Notes: generated from the letters alone by a model not told the origin. 64,000 nucleotides of DNA from Alphaproteobacteria bacterium (GCA_031549365.1 JAVBPX010000004.1:21233-85232), one strand, 5' to 3'; positions 52,422-64,000 are shown, counted from the stretch's first letter. Numbers and translations are program-made.

Positions 52422-52946
52422 ATGAAAACCAAAAAATTATTCTTTTTAATATTATTGGCATCTGCACTTACAGCTGGCAATTTTGCAAATGCGCAAACGT
52501 CATCCAAACGCGAAATTAAAAAAACAGCAAAAATCAAGCGCAAAATGACGGACGCATATTATACCATCCTGTATAAAAATTACGACATATCTGATTATAG
52601 AAATCTAGGCATGGAATACGATGCAAATGACACAACTGAAATAAATCAACTGTATGAAATAATTCACAAATCTTACCCTTTCCGTTTTGTAACATATTTT
52701 GGCAAAAACACATCCGATGAACGAATTGCAATTTTTTACCGCGATTTATTGATATTTTCAAATTTAATCGAGTATGAATTTATTGATTTCAAACCATTTA
52801 CTGATAAAAAAATTCGCAATAATAGCTTCAGCTATACAATGAAAATTTATAATGAAACCGGTGAAATGGTTGTCGATTTGTATGAAGTGTTAAAATACTA
52901 TGAACGACTTGATAAATATTTGTCCAAACACAAAAAAAACCGATAA
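52422..52946 (+). CDS. Hypothetical secreted protein (orphan)
   Basis: 174 aa with signal peptide MKTKKLFFLILLASALTAGNFANA. Tyr/Lys/Asn-rich, with no recognisable motif. Confidence 0.6.
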   Translation: MKTKKLFFLILLASALTAGNFANAQTSSKREIKKTAKIKRKMTDAYYTILYKNYDISDYRNLGMEYDANDTTEINQLYEIIHKSYPFRFVTYFGKNTSDERIAIFYRDLLIFSNLIEYEFIDFKPFTDKKIRNNSFSYTMKIYNETGEMVVDLYEVLKYYERLDKYLSKHKKNR

Positions 52947-52972
52947 AAAAACCCGGATAATTCCGGGTTTTT
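52945..52972. terminator. Bidirectional terminator between the orphan gene and tpiA
   Basis: A-run, AACCCGGA-TAAT-TCCGGGTT, T-run. Confidence 0.8.
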
Positions 52973-52975
52973 AAT

Positions 52976-53695
52976 TTATTTTACTGCATCTATTATCGGT
53001 ACAAAATCATCAATCCTCAACGAAGCTCCGCCAACCAACACTCCTTGAACATTTTCTGTTTCCAAAATCTCACTCGCGTTTGATCCCTTGACCGAACCAC
53101 CATATAAAATTTTGGTATCCGACAATCCCATTGAACCCAACACGGTCGCAATATGTGCATGAACTGTTTTCACGTCATCAACCGTCGCGACCAATCCCGT
53201 ACCAATCGCCCAAATCGGTTCATATGCGACAACAACGCCCGGCGCGACAAATACAGATTCACGAACTTGTTTTTCAATAACTGATAACGTTTGCCCGGAC
53301 TCTTTTTCGGATTGCGTTTCTCCAACACAAATAATCGGTGTCATGCCAGATGCAAATACCAACATAGCCTTTTGTTTTACCATTTCATTTGTTTCATTAT
53401 GATATTGGCGACGTTCTGAATGCCCAACAATCACATATTTGGCGCCACAATCGCGCAACATTTCAACCGACACTTCGCCAGTATATGCACCAGATTCATG
53501 AATTGAACAATCCTGGGCCCCAACTGAAATTTTATCCGCACACATCATCGCCGCAGCCATTGTAATATACGGATATGGCGGACAAATAACTACATCCACA
53601 TTTTTTACATTAAAATCCACCAATCCCATAATCATATCGTGCAACAAAGCCGCGCTTCCATTCATTTTCCAATTACCAACTATTAATTTTTTCAT
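52976..53695 (-). CDS. tpiA: Triosephosphate isomerase
   Basis: 239 aa from the Met of MKKLIVGNWKMNGS, with VIVGHSERR and AYEPIWAIGTG. Confidence 0.93.
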   Translation of the reverse strand: MKKLIVGNWKMNGSAALLHDMIMGLVDFNVKNVDVVICPPYPYITMAAAMMCADKISVGAQDCSIHESGAYTGEVSVEMLRDCGAKYVIVGHSERRQYHNETNEMVKQKAMLVFASGMTPIICVGETQSEKESGQTLSVIEKQVRESVFVAPGVVVAYEPIWAIGTGLVATVDDVKTVHAHIATVLGSMGLSDTKILYGGSVKGSNASEILETENVQGVLVGGASLRIDDFVPIIDAVK

Positions 53696-53799
53696 ATTTT
53701 CATCCCTTGGTTTTAACCAACAAATCATTGCATTTTTTGCTTGTTTACGCAACTGATTTTTGCTATAACAAACATACTTGAAAACCAAAAGGATTTGAA

Positions 53800-55281
53800 A
53801 TGTTGGAAACACTACGTAATGCTTCGGATAAACTGTGGGCCAAAATATTAATGGGCGTATTAATTTTTTCATTTGTTGGCTGGGGTGTTGCATCTTGGAT
53901 TTTTGGTGAAAACCGCATGGACGATTCTGTTGTAACGGTCGGTGACCAATCGGTTAAAATTACTGAATTTGACCGTGAAATGAACCGTCAATTGGCCCAA
54001 ATGTCCAAAGCGATGAGCAAAGAAATTTACACAGATCCAACCGCCCGTCTTTACTTTGCGGAACAAGTATTATCAAATTTGGTATCACGCCTATTACTGG
54101 AACAACGCGCAATTGATTTGAAATTAACCGTATCGAATCAATATATCGCATCCATCATTAAAAATGCCCCAGAATTCCAGGAAAACGGATTTTTCAGCAC
54201 TGAAAAATTCGACGCAATTTTATATTCAAATCAAATGACCGAAGACCAATTTGCAAACACACTCCGTCGCCAATATTTGCGGGAATTGGTACTGGTTGGA
54301 TTGGTTGAATCATCAATTGTTCCAAACTTTTTCTCGGCCGGGGTTTACAATAATCGTTACCACGAACGCCGTATTGATTACAGCGTAATTAAATATGATG
54401 ATTTCAAAATATCTGAAACTCCAACTGAATCAGATTTAAAAAAATTATATGCAATCGAAAAACCAATGATGCCCGAATATCGCAAAATTTCATACATCTT
54501 GGTTCCTGTCAAAGATATGAAAAATCCGGACTCATACGACAACGGTTACGCCCGCGCACAAAAGGTCGAAGACGCAATCATCAGTGGCGAACCAATGAAA
54601 TCAGTTGCTGAGAAATTCAAAGCAACATATGTTTCGCGCGAACCAATGACAATTCAACACAAAGACATCAATGGGAAAACTATCAATGATCCCATTTTAA
54701 ACGACACCATGATTAATTCCATATTTACAATGGAGAGCGGTATCGAAAGCCCATTAATGGAAATAAATTCTGGTTTTTTAATTGTACGCGTTGATCAAAT
54801 CGATACTGCCCGCGCAACTCCATTTGAAAAGGTAAAAGAAAGTTTAAAAACAACATGGATTGAAAAACAAAAAGAAAAATTGGCATACGCCCGCGCAAAC
54901 GATATGTTGTCCAATATCAAACAGGGCAAATCTTTCAAAGAAGCCGCTGGCGCTTCCAGCGTATCATCATACCAAATGGGCAGCCGCGTTACACGCACAT
55001 CCACATCAATTTTCCCATCCGAAGTGGTTACAACAACATTCGCAACCAAACCCGGAAAAACCGTATTGGCCCAGGGCAACCGTGCATTCCACCTTGTTCA
55101 TGTAATAGAACAAGTCAAACCAACCATTGATACGGAAAAAATGAAAAGCATTAAATCCGAATCATCCAACATGATTTCAAAAATGTTGATTGATGATTAT
55201 ACTGGATTCTTGGCCCGCCAATATCCAGTACACACAAACGAACGTTTATTTAATAAAATGTTCACACCGCAACAACCATAA
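53800..55281 (+). CDS. ppiD: PpiD-like periplasmic chaperone (SurA-N domain, membrane anchored)
   Basis: 493 aa with N-terminal MLETLRNASDKLWAKILMGVLIFSFVGWGV anchor typical of PpiD. Divergent from tpiA. Confidence 0.65.
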   Translation: MLETLRNASDKLWAKILMGVLIFSFVGWGVASWIFGENRMDDSVVTVGDQSVKITEFDREMNRQLAQMSKAMSKEIYTDPTARLYFAEQVLSNLVSRLLLEQRAIDLKLTVSNQYIASIIKNAPEFQENGFFSTEKFDAILYSNQMTEDQFANTLRRQYLRELVLVGLVESSIVPNFFSAGVYNNRYHERRIDYSVIKYDDFKISETPTESDLKKLYAIEKPMMPEYRKISYILVPVKDMKNPDSYDNGYARAQKVEDAIISGEPMKSVAEKFKATYVSREPMTIQHKDINGKTINDPILNDTMINSIFTMESGIESPLMEINSGFLIVRVDQIDTARATPFEKVKESLKTTWIEKQKEKLAYARANDMLSNIKQGKSFKEAAGASSVSSYQMGSRVTRTSTSIFPSEVVTTTFATKPGKTVLAQGNRAFHLVHVIEQVKPTIDTEKMKSIKSESSNMISKMLIDDYTGFLARQYPVHTNERLFNKMFTPQQP

Positions 55282-55296
55282 TTTAATAATGCTGAA

Positions 55297-55327
55297 TAAA
55301 AAATCCTGTCTTTCGACAGGATTTTTT
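55297..55327. terminator. Bidirectional terminator between ppiD and tgt
   Basis: A6, AATCCTGTC-TTTC-GACAGGATT, T6. Confidence 0.8.
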
Positions 55328-56447
55328 ATTCAGCGGTATAACGCTTTATAAAGCCATCCTTGAACTTTTCAAATTCATCATTTTCAATCGCATTACGAAT
55401 GTCGTTCATTAAATCCTGATAAAATTGAATATTATGATTGGTCAATAACATCGCACCCAATATTTCATCTGCCTTGATTAAATGATGAATGTACGCACGC
55501 GACAATCCCCGTGAACACGCAATACATTTACAATTTGAATCAATTGGCGCATCATCCAATTTATGTTTTGCATTTCGCATATTTAACGTGCCGTCCCAAA
55601 TAAATGCCTGGGCTGTGCGACCTGCGCGCGTTGGCATAACACAATCAAACATATCAATTCCGCGTTCAACCGCACCCAATATATCCAGAGGCGTTCCAAC
55701 GCCCATTAAATAACGCGGTTTATCAAATGGCAACAACGGCGTTGTATGCGATAATACATTAAACATAACGTTTTGGGGTTCTCCAACGGCCAAACCACCA
55801 ACAGCATACCCATCAAAATTTAATTCAACCAATTCATTTGCAGATTTTGTGCGCAGGTCCAAAAAATCAGCCCCCTGAACAATTCCAAAAATTCCATAAC
55901 CATCACGATCAATAAATGCATCGCGTGAACGTTTTGCCCAACGAGTTACCATATCAACATTTTTTTCAACACGATCACGCGGCGCGGGCAAATGTAAACA
56001 TTCATCCAACACCATGGTAATATTTGAATCCAATTGATGTTGAATTTGAACTGATTTTTCTGGCGTTAAAAAATGTTTAACCCCGCCATCAATATGTGAT
56101 GTGAAATGTACACCCTCTTCCGTCATTTTGGTTAATGTGGACAAAGACATTACCTGGAATCCGCCACTATCTGTTAAAATTGGTCCATCCCATCCGCTAA
56201 ATTTATGCAATCCTCCCATCTGTTCAACCAAATCGCCACCAGGTCGCAACATCAAATGATATGTGTTGCCCAAAATTACTTGGCATCCAGTATTACGAAC
56301 CATATCCGTTGTTTGCGCCTTGACCGTACCGGCAGTCCCAACCACCATAAATGTTGGTGTCTGAACATCCCCGTGCGCGGTTGACAACACCCCACGCCGC
56401 GCCATGGAATTTTTCGATGCTTTTAATAATTTATATTTCAATGCCAC
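55326..56447 (-). CDS. tgt: Queuine tRNA-ribosyltransferase
   Basis: 373 aa with ILTDSGGFQV, YLMGVGTP and the Zn site CxCxxC (CKCIAC) ... H. Confidence 0.95.
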   Translation of the reverse strand: MALKYKLLKASKNSMARRGVLSTAHGDVQTPTFMVVGTAGTVKAQTTDMVRNTGCQVILGNTYHLMLRPGGDLVEQMGGLHKFSGWDGPILTDSGGFQVMSLSTLTKMTEEGVHFTSHIDGGVKHFLTPEKSVQIQHQLDSNITMVLDECLHLPAPRDRVEKNVDMVTRWAKRSRDAFIDRDGYGIFGIVQGADFLDLRTKSANELVELNFDGYAVGGLAVGEPQNVMFNVLSHTTPLLPFDKPRYLMGVGTPLDILGAVERGIDMFDCVMPTRAGRTAQAFIWDGTLNMRNAKHKLDDAPIDSNCKCIACSRGLSRAYIHHLIKADEILGAMLLTNHNIQFYQDLMNDIRNAIENDEFEKFKDGFIKRYTAE

Positions 56448-56458
56448 AAAGTTTTCCT

Positions 56459-57739
56459 TTATTTAAAATTTTCTTGCCACACAGATTTTAAATCCACCTC
56501 AAAATCGGCACCCTGGGTTATTATTGAAATATCTCCATCAAAATAACCACGGGAATTTTCAATAACTTCATCCCGACGTATGGATTTAGACATTTCGACA
56601 ACGTTATAAAAATCATACAACAAACCATAATTTCTATGAAACCCTGTTAACCTGTCGCATCTGCTGGTTGCAGACTCTAGCCAATCTGCATTGCCCAGCC
56701 TGTTTTTACGAAAAAAACGATCCAGATCTTCATCTGTTATTTCGTTTTCATTATAAATTTTAAAAGCATTTTTTGCAATCAACGAAACCGCTTTCTCTAT
56801 ATTTTTAACCGACGTTTCTGTTGCAAATCCATTCAAACAAAATTTTTCATTTCCAACGTCGGTCAAGCCAAACCCGTAAACCAATCCGTTTTCATGGCGC
56901 AGAACTTCATACATTTTTTTACCCATAAATCTTTCAAATTTTGAAACCGACATTCTTTTATATCTGTTTTCAAATTTTTGATCCCAAATTTCAGGAAATA
57001 AAATCCTTAATTTAATATTGTTTTTATCAGGCTTTGAATTATGAGCAATTGCTGGAATATAATTTATATCTGAATTTTCTGACACTTCTATCGATGGCAA
57101 CCATCCAAACGTTTTTTCCAAACATTTCAAGAGTTCCGTCTCGTCATGGATTTTTCCAGATATCCCAATTATGCAATTTTTAGCAGACAAACGCAGTGAC
57201 AAAAATTCCAACATCTGGTCTCTGGTAAAACTTTCAATGTTCTCAAAATTACCCAATGTCCCGCCCAAAGATGAACCCAATGCTCCATTAAACAAGGTTT
57301 CCGACATAAAATTTGATAATTGCCTGCCCTCGTTATCCAAACTACGCCTTAATTCATCTGAAATTACACCTCGTTCAATTTCTATTTTTTCTTGCAAAAA
57401 TAATGAATTTTGTATCTGATCTCCCAAAAAATCCACCAATATATTCACGTTTTCGGCTAAAATTCTACCATAAAAACTCAAACCAGAATTCCCTGTGCTT
57501 GCATTTGTGGAACCTGAATGATATTCGAAATAATCATCTATTATTTTTTTTGTTGGGAACCTGGTGGTTCCTTTGCACAACATATGTTCGCAAAAATGGG
57601 TTAAACCTTTCTCATTTATTTTTTCATCCCTGGATCCTGTAAAAAAGCTAACCTTGACACTGGTTGTTTCCAAATCCATCGAATCAAGTATAATCGTAAC
57701 CCCATTTGATAATTTATGTAATGTTGGCACAAACTTCAT
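56459..57739 (-). CDS. M16-family (pitrilysin/insulinase-like) zinc peptidase
   Basis: 426 aa with inverted zinc motif HFCEHM (HxxEH) near the N-terminus and no signal peptide. Confidence 0.8.
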   Translation of the reverse strand: MKFVPTLHKLSNGVTIILDSMDLETTSVKVSFFTGSRDEKINEKGLTHFCEHMLCKGTTRFPTKKIIDDYFEYHSGSTNASTGNSGLSFYGRILAENVNILVDFLGDQIQNSLFLQEKIEIERGVISDELRRSLDNEGRQLSNFMSETLFNGALGSSLGGTLGNFENIESFTRDQMLEFLSLRLSAKNCIIGISGKIHDETELLKCLEKTFGWLPSIEVSENSDINYIPAIAHNSKPDKNNIKLRILFPEIWDQKFENRYKRMSVSKFERFMGKKMYEVLRHENGLVYGFGLTDVGNEKFCLNGFATETSVKNIEKAVSLIAKNAFKIYNENEITDEDLDRFFRKNRLGNADWLESATSRCDRLTGFHRNYGLLYDFYNVVEMSKSIRRDEVIENSRGYFDGDISIITQGADFEVDLKSVWQENFK

Positions 57740-57751
57740 TTTAAACCTCTT

Positions 57752-58771
57752 TTAATTTCTAAATAACAAACAGCAATCGCCGTACGAATAAAAACGATAT
57801 TTTTCGTCAATTGCATGTTGATACGCGGCCTTCATATTTTCCAATCCAGCAAACGCAGATACCAACATGAATAACGTAGAACACGGCAAATGAAAATTGG
57901 TTAACAAAATATCAACCGCTTGAAATTTATAACCCGGCGTAATAAAAATCGATGTTTTATCAAAAAATTCATGAACACGACCATCACGCGATGCGCTTTC
58001 CAGCAACCGCAACGATGTTGTGCCAATCGCAATCACGCGGCCTCCATTTGCACGTGCATTATTAATTTCCGCGGCTTGATTCGTCGTTATTTCACCATAT
58101 TCCGAATGCATTTTATGATCATTTGTATCATCAACCTTGACCGGCAAAAATGTTCCGGCACCAACATGCAATGTTATTTCAACAATTTTAACTCCGCGCG
58201 ATTTAATCGCATCCAATAATTTGTTTGTAATATGCAACCCCGCAGTGGGCGCAGCCATCGATCCAACGGGTTTTGAATATACGGTTTGATAGCGTTCATT
58301 GTCGGATTTATCGGCACGACGTTTCATATATGGAGGCAACGGCATTTCGCCAACACGATTTAAGACATCAACGATGGAATTATCGTCCACCAAAAATTGT
58401 AATTTTAATCCGCTTTCATCCGATTTATCCAAAACCAAAATTTTCGTACCATCAATCAATGTTAATTCGTCACCAATTTTAATGCGACGACTCTTTAAAC
58501 ACATTCCGAACCAAATATTGCCCGCATCCATCGTATGCAACGTCATTTCATAATCGCGACCCATCACATCCGTTACAATAAATCGGGACGGCAATACGCG
58601 TGAATTATTCAAAACCATAATATCACCAGGCTTTAAATATTCCAAAATGTCCCAAACGTGGCGGTTATTCATTTCCGGCACAACCAACATACGCGACGCA
58701 TCGCGTTTTTCCAACGGTTGCGATGCAATTAATTCTTCGGGTAATTTAAAATCAAACTCACAAACTTTCAT
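57752..58771 (-). CDS. queA: S-adenosylmethionine:tRNA ribosyltransferase-isomerase
   Basis: 339 aa with FDFKLPEELIASQP, AAPTAGLHIT and GTTSLRLLES. Confidence 0.95.
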   Translation of the reverse strand: MKVCEFDFKLPEELIASQPLEKRDASRMLVVPEMNNRHVWDILEYLKPGDIMVLNNSRVLPSRFIVTDVMGRDYEMTLHTMDAGNIWFGMCLKSRRIKIGDELTLIDGTKILVLDKSDESGLKLQFLVDDNSIVDVLNRVGEMPLPPYMKRRADKSDNERYQTVYSKPVGSMAAPTAGLHITNKLLDAIKSRGVKIVEITLHVGAGTFLPVKVDDTNDHKMHSEYGEITTNQAAEINNARANGGRVIAIGTTSLRLLESASRDGRVHEFFDKTSIFITPGYKFQAVDILLTNFHLPCSTLFMLVSAFAGLENMKAAYQHAIDEKYRFYSYGDCCLLFRN

Positions 58772-58804
58772 ATATTTTCCAGACTTTTGTTTTTCCTAAA
58801 TTTG

Positions 58805-58919
58805 CATCAAAATGCGATGATTGTAAAGAATTTATTGTTTTTCAAGACCCGCGGTGTATACAAACATACATAAGGGTTTTGAAAAACAATAAACTTGTTT
58901 AGAGGCGCGCATTTTCATG
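58805..58919 (+). repeat. Palindromic element, copy PE-2
   Basis: Ends CATCAAAATGCG ... CGCATTTTCATG. Inner stem TTTATTGTTTTTCAAGACCC / GGGTTTTGAAAAACAATAAA. Apex GCGGTGTAT-ACAAAC-ATACATAAGG. It lies inside the era-queA same-strand interval and ends 13 nt before the era stop. Confidence 0.85.
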
Positions 58920-58932
58920 TAAATTATATAAA

Positions 58933-59823
58933 TTATGCGAATTTAAGGCCACTATCTTCATAAAATTCCGCCCTCTCTTCCCACTTCGGGTCAACTTTTA
59001 CAAACAGTTTCAGTCGAACGCCCTGGCCCCATTCTTTTTGCAATTCTAAACGGGCGGCCATTCCAATACGCTTCAAACTCTCGCCTCGTGTTCCAACAAC
59101 AATTTTTTTATACGAATCTTTCGGGACAAAAATTGTTTGATCAATCTCAACAACACCTTCTTCTGTGTCTTTGATTTGATCCGTCATAACGTGAATATGA
59201 TATGGCAATTCTTGGTGAATAAATTTATAAATTTTTTCGCGAGTAATTTCCGCAGCATATAATTTTTCAGGCACATCAACCGCAGTTTCCGGGTCAAATA
59301 AATATGGGGATTCAGGCATAACATCGGCCAACTTTTTTAATACAGCATCAACCCCTGTTTTCTTTAATGCAGAAATCATAAACACTTCTTTAAAATTTGC
59401 CATTTCCATCAACGATTGGGCCAGAGGCAACAAATCCGCCTTGTTCACAGCATCCACCTTGTTTAATGCAACAAACAAATTCGGATGATCTGAAATACGT
59501 TTTAAAATATTTTTAATTGTCTGGGTAATTCCGTGCGTTGCATCAACCATTAACAACACAGCATCAGCCTGTAATATTGATCCATACGCCGCATCAACCA
59601 TCGCACGATCCAAGCGTCGTTCCGGTTTAAAAATACCAGGCGTATCAATAAACACCAGCTGTTTATCACCAACCATTTTCACAGCACGAATTTGCGTACG
59701 TGTTGTTTGAACTTTGTGCGAAACGATCGCAGCCTTTTGTCCAATAACCAAATTCAAAAACGTAGATTTACCAGCATTCGTCGGGCCAATAATAGCAACG
59801 AAACCAGAATAAGTTTTAATCAT
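58933..59823 (-). CDS. era: GTPase Era
   Basis: 296 aa with G1 GPTNAGKST, G3 DTPG, G4 NKVD and a C-terminal KH domain. Confidence 0.95.
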   Translation of the reverse strand: MIKTYSGFVAIIGPTNAGKSTFLNLVIGQKAAIVSHKVQTTRTQIRAVKMVGDKQLVFIDTPGIFKPERRLDRAMVDAAYGSILQADAVLLMVDATHGITQTIKNILKRISDHPNLFVALNKVDAVNKADLLPLAQSLMEMANFKEVFMISALKKTGVDAVLKKLADVMPESPYLFDPETAVDVPEKLYAAEITREKIYKFIHQELPYHIHVMTDQIKDTEEGVVEIDQTIFVPKDSYKKIVVGTRGESLKRIGMAARLELQKEWGQGVRLKLFVKVDPKWEERAEFYEDSGLKFA

Positions 59824-60995
59824 TCATAATCCTTTAATATTTTATCAATTTCTTCGACTGTATACAGTGTATCAGATTGTAACCAAATTTGCAAAATTTG
59901 ATCTATTTTTGTCCCAAATGTTGAAACATCGCGGCCCATATCATACCATTTTTGAATATAATACGAACGAATTGGTGTAAAATCTGGATCCTCCATCGAA
60001 AAATCCATTTTGCGTCCACGCAAAATTGCCCAATCCATGCAAACATCACGTCCATATAAAAATAAACGCGCACGATTTGTTGATGTTACATCGTATAAAC
60101 ATTTGCGCAAATTGTTGTAATACTTTTTTTCATCCCGCGTTAAAACAAATCTTATTAAATTTGGAATACGCCCTGCACAGCAAACGTACAAACGTAATAA
60201 TACGCTGGCTCCACTGTGGACAACGCGTGAAAATAAAACTGGGTCAACATTCCCGCCAAACAAAATCCGTGACAATCCATCACGATTCAAAATTGAAATA
60301 ACGTCCGTTGCTCGTTTTGTCATTAATATTTTAAACATTTCAGCACGAATTCTTTCGTTCGATACAGTCTTTAATTTATTTTTAAACAATCGACAACATA
60401 ACCGTGAAAATCCAGTCAAACCAACACGACCATACCTACCCCAAAAACGATACATGCGCAAAATTCGCAAATAATCTTCGCGAATTCTAAAAAATGGCAA
60501 ACCAATAAACTTAATTCGCCCAGTCCACAAATCATCCAATCCACGAACATCATCATGTAATGTTCCATTCAAATCAACATACAACGCATTAATTGTAAAA
60601 TCCCGACGACGAGCATCCAATTTCCAATCATGTGTCAATTTAATATCCGCATGACGCCCATAATTTTTAACATCGCGACGGAACGGAGCAATCTGAACAT
60701 AAATTTTATCAAACCCATGATAAAAAATAAATGACACAACACCATAACGTTTATCCTGCTGCACGCCTGCAAACGGAGATCCCGGATATCCAGAACGACG
60801 CCGTAATGCATCATACACAACATCCATCGGTGCATCAGTTGAAATATCAACATCCTGGGTATCCAAACCCAATAATGCATCCCTAACAACCCCGCCAACA
60901 AAATATACTGAATACCCTCGCCTCTGCATTAATGTTAAAAACACCATCAAAGGTTCCATCTGTAATACGGCAAAGCGTTGCGGGCTTAATCTCAT
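59820..60995 (-). CDS. tRNA nucleotidyltransferase / poly(A) polymerase family protein (probable CCA-adding enzyme)
   Basis: 391 aa with YFVGGVVRDALLGLDTQDVDIST and RRDFTINALY. Confidence 0.8.
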   Translation of the reverse strand: MRLSPQRFAVLQMEPLMVFLTLMQRRGYSVYFVGGVVRDALLGLDTQDVDISTDAPMDVVYDALRRRSGYPGSPFAGVQQDKRYGVVSFIFYHGFDKIYVQIAPFRRDVKNYGRHADIKLTHDWKLDARRRDFTINALYVDLNGTLHDDVRGLDDLWTGRIKFIGLPFFRIREDYLRILRMYRFWGRYGRVGLTGFSRLCCRLFKNKLKTVSNERIRAEMFKILMTKRATDVISILNRDGLSRILFGGNVDPVLFSRVVHSGASVLLRLYVCCAGRIPNLIRFVLTRDEKKYYNNLRKCLYDVTSTNRARLFLYGRDVCMDWAILRGRKMDFSMEDPDFTPIRSYYIQKWYDMGRDVSTFGTKIDQILQIWLQSDTLYTVEEIDKILKDYE

Positions 60996-61080
60996 ACCGC
61001 TATTTAACCATAATAATTTGGGATGTAAAGCACTTTATACACCACTTGCGCGATAAAAAAATATGTGCTATAAATCACGC

Positions 61081-62178
61081 ATGAAAAAAATAATTTACCT
61101 ATTTTTAATAATGATTTCATTGCCACTGTATGCAGCAAGCGATTCAGAATTGGGAAAAATCCAATCGGACATACGGACTGCGGAATCCCGCCAACGTGCT
61201 TTGGAAAAACAATCTTCTGAATTGGCAAAATCCATGAATAAAACCAAATCAGAATTGGTAACTTCGGCAAAAAAAATGAAGGGCTTGGAATCAGAAAAGA
61301 GTCAATTGGACACAAAACTATCAAAATTAACCAACGAACGTGATCGATTACGTGCAAAATTGGGCGCACATCAATCCGAAATGTCTTTTGCTGTGGCGTC
61401 ATTATTGCACATGTCGCATACTCCTGGGTCCATTGCATTAACAGCACACGCATCCGAAATGGACGACACGGTACATGCATCCGAATTATTGCGCACAATG
61501 TCTGAACAATTTTCCAATCAAATAACAGAATATGAAAAACAACTGGCTGAATTAAATTCCGTTCAAAAACAAATCGGAACTGAACGAGAAAAATTGGGCA
61601 AAACCATGGTTAAATACAAATCTCAACAATCGGATTTGGAAAAATTAATGTCCGATCGACGCAAACAAAATAAGAGCCTGCTGTCCGAACAGCAAGAATT
61701 ACAAAAAAAACTGCGCGCCCTGGCGGAACGGGCAAAATCATTGACGGACCTGGTCGAAGCAACGCCCAAAGCAAAAACATACCGCCCTCCATCCGGCGGT
61801 GGCGCCACAATGGATTCGCCAGTACTTGGAATGTTGTTACGTGGCTGGCGCGATAAATCCGCACTGGGATTAATATCAGACGGCTGGTACATCCGAACAC
61901 CAAATAACGCAACTGTAACGGCACCTGCGGATGCAACAGTTGCATTTGCGGACCATTTCAAAGGCTATAATAAAATCTTGATTTTGGATCATCATAACGG
62001 CTATTATAGCGTATTGACAGGATTGGAAATTTTGGACGTTATGGTTGGTCAATCGGTATTGGGCGGGGAACCCATTGCGCGGATGGGTCCAACAAACCCA
62101 GAGTTATATTTGGAATTACGATACAAGAATCAGGCAATTGATCCTGCCACCAGATACAGACAACCCAGAGGAAGGTAA
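61081..62178 (+). CDS. EnvC-like coiled-coil protein with degenerate M23/LytM domain (murein hydrolase activator)
   Basis: 365 aa from ATG 61081 with a signal peptide, a long coiled coil and a C-terminal LytM-like fold lacking an obvious HxxxD / HxH set (GYNKILILDHHNGYYSVLTGL). Confidence 0.7.
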   Translation: MKKIIYLFLIMISLPLYAASDSELGKIQSDIRTAESRQRALEKQSSELAKSMNKTKSELVTSAKKMKGLESEKSQLDTKLSKLTNERDRLRAKLGAHQSEMSFAVASLLHMSHTPGSIALTAHASEMDDTVHASELLRTMSEQFSNQITEYEKQLAELNSVQKQIGTEREKLGKTMVKYKSQQSDLEKLMSDRRKQNKSLLSEQQELQKKLRALAERAKSLTDLVEATPKAKTYRPPSGGGATMDSPVLGMLLRGWRDKSALGLISDGWYIRTPNNATVTAPADATVAFADHFKGYNKILILDHHNGYYSVLTGLEILDVMVGQSVLGGEPIARMGPTNPELYLELRYKNQAIDPATRYRQPRGR

Positions 62179-62179
62179 A

Positions 62180-64000
<1,821 letters not shown>

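Overview
AT-rich bacterial chromosome segment, densely packed with housekeeping genes (about 68 CDS and 4 tRNAs). I saw no rRNA, CRISPR array, transposase, integrase or prophage gene. Gene content and order look alphaproteobacterial and possibly host-associated: ruvB-ybgC-tolQ-tolR-tolA-like, rpsP-rimM-trmD-rplS, mlaD followed by a DUF2155-like gene, envC-like/ctpA, an S16 with an Ala/Glu tail, and several orphan secreted proteins plus an autotransporter. This taxonomic reading is inference from memory, not a database search. Recognisable genes: dnaK (partial), pfkA, cdaA, ppa, kdsD, tdk, kdsA, lptC/lptB, an OmpR/EnvZ-type two-component pair, pth, polA, ogt, a family-4 UDG, sodB, tsf, rpsB, amiC, grpE, rplY, rnc, lepB, acpS, rne, an M23 peptidase-bactofilin-rpiB operon, tpiA, ppiD-like, tgt, queA, era, a CCA/poly(A) nucleotidyltransferase, ctpA and the start of a pyruvate:ferredoxin oxidoreductase. 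Four observations deserve a second look. (1) Five same-orientation copies of a 114-156 bp hairpin element. Stem sequences differ between copies but stay complementary within each copy, the apex is conserved, and each copy ends 2-13 nt past the stop codon of a minus-strand gene. (2) Two small hairpin-rich inserts sharing a 19-nt palindrome core. Each sits at the 3' end of a tRNA gene (Lys, Met) and is flanked by a duplicated tRNA 3' end, as att sites would be, with no integrase in the window. (3) An orphan MotA/MotB-like pair with a periplasmic coiled coil on the B subunit and a helical tail on the A subunit ending in two GRP (AT-hook-like) repeats. (4) An uncharacterised Cys-containing secreted protein whose stop overlaps the start of the two-component system. 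Function calls rest on motifs read from the supplied translations and on gene context. No homology search was run.
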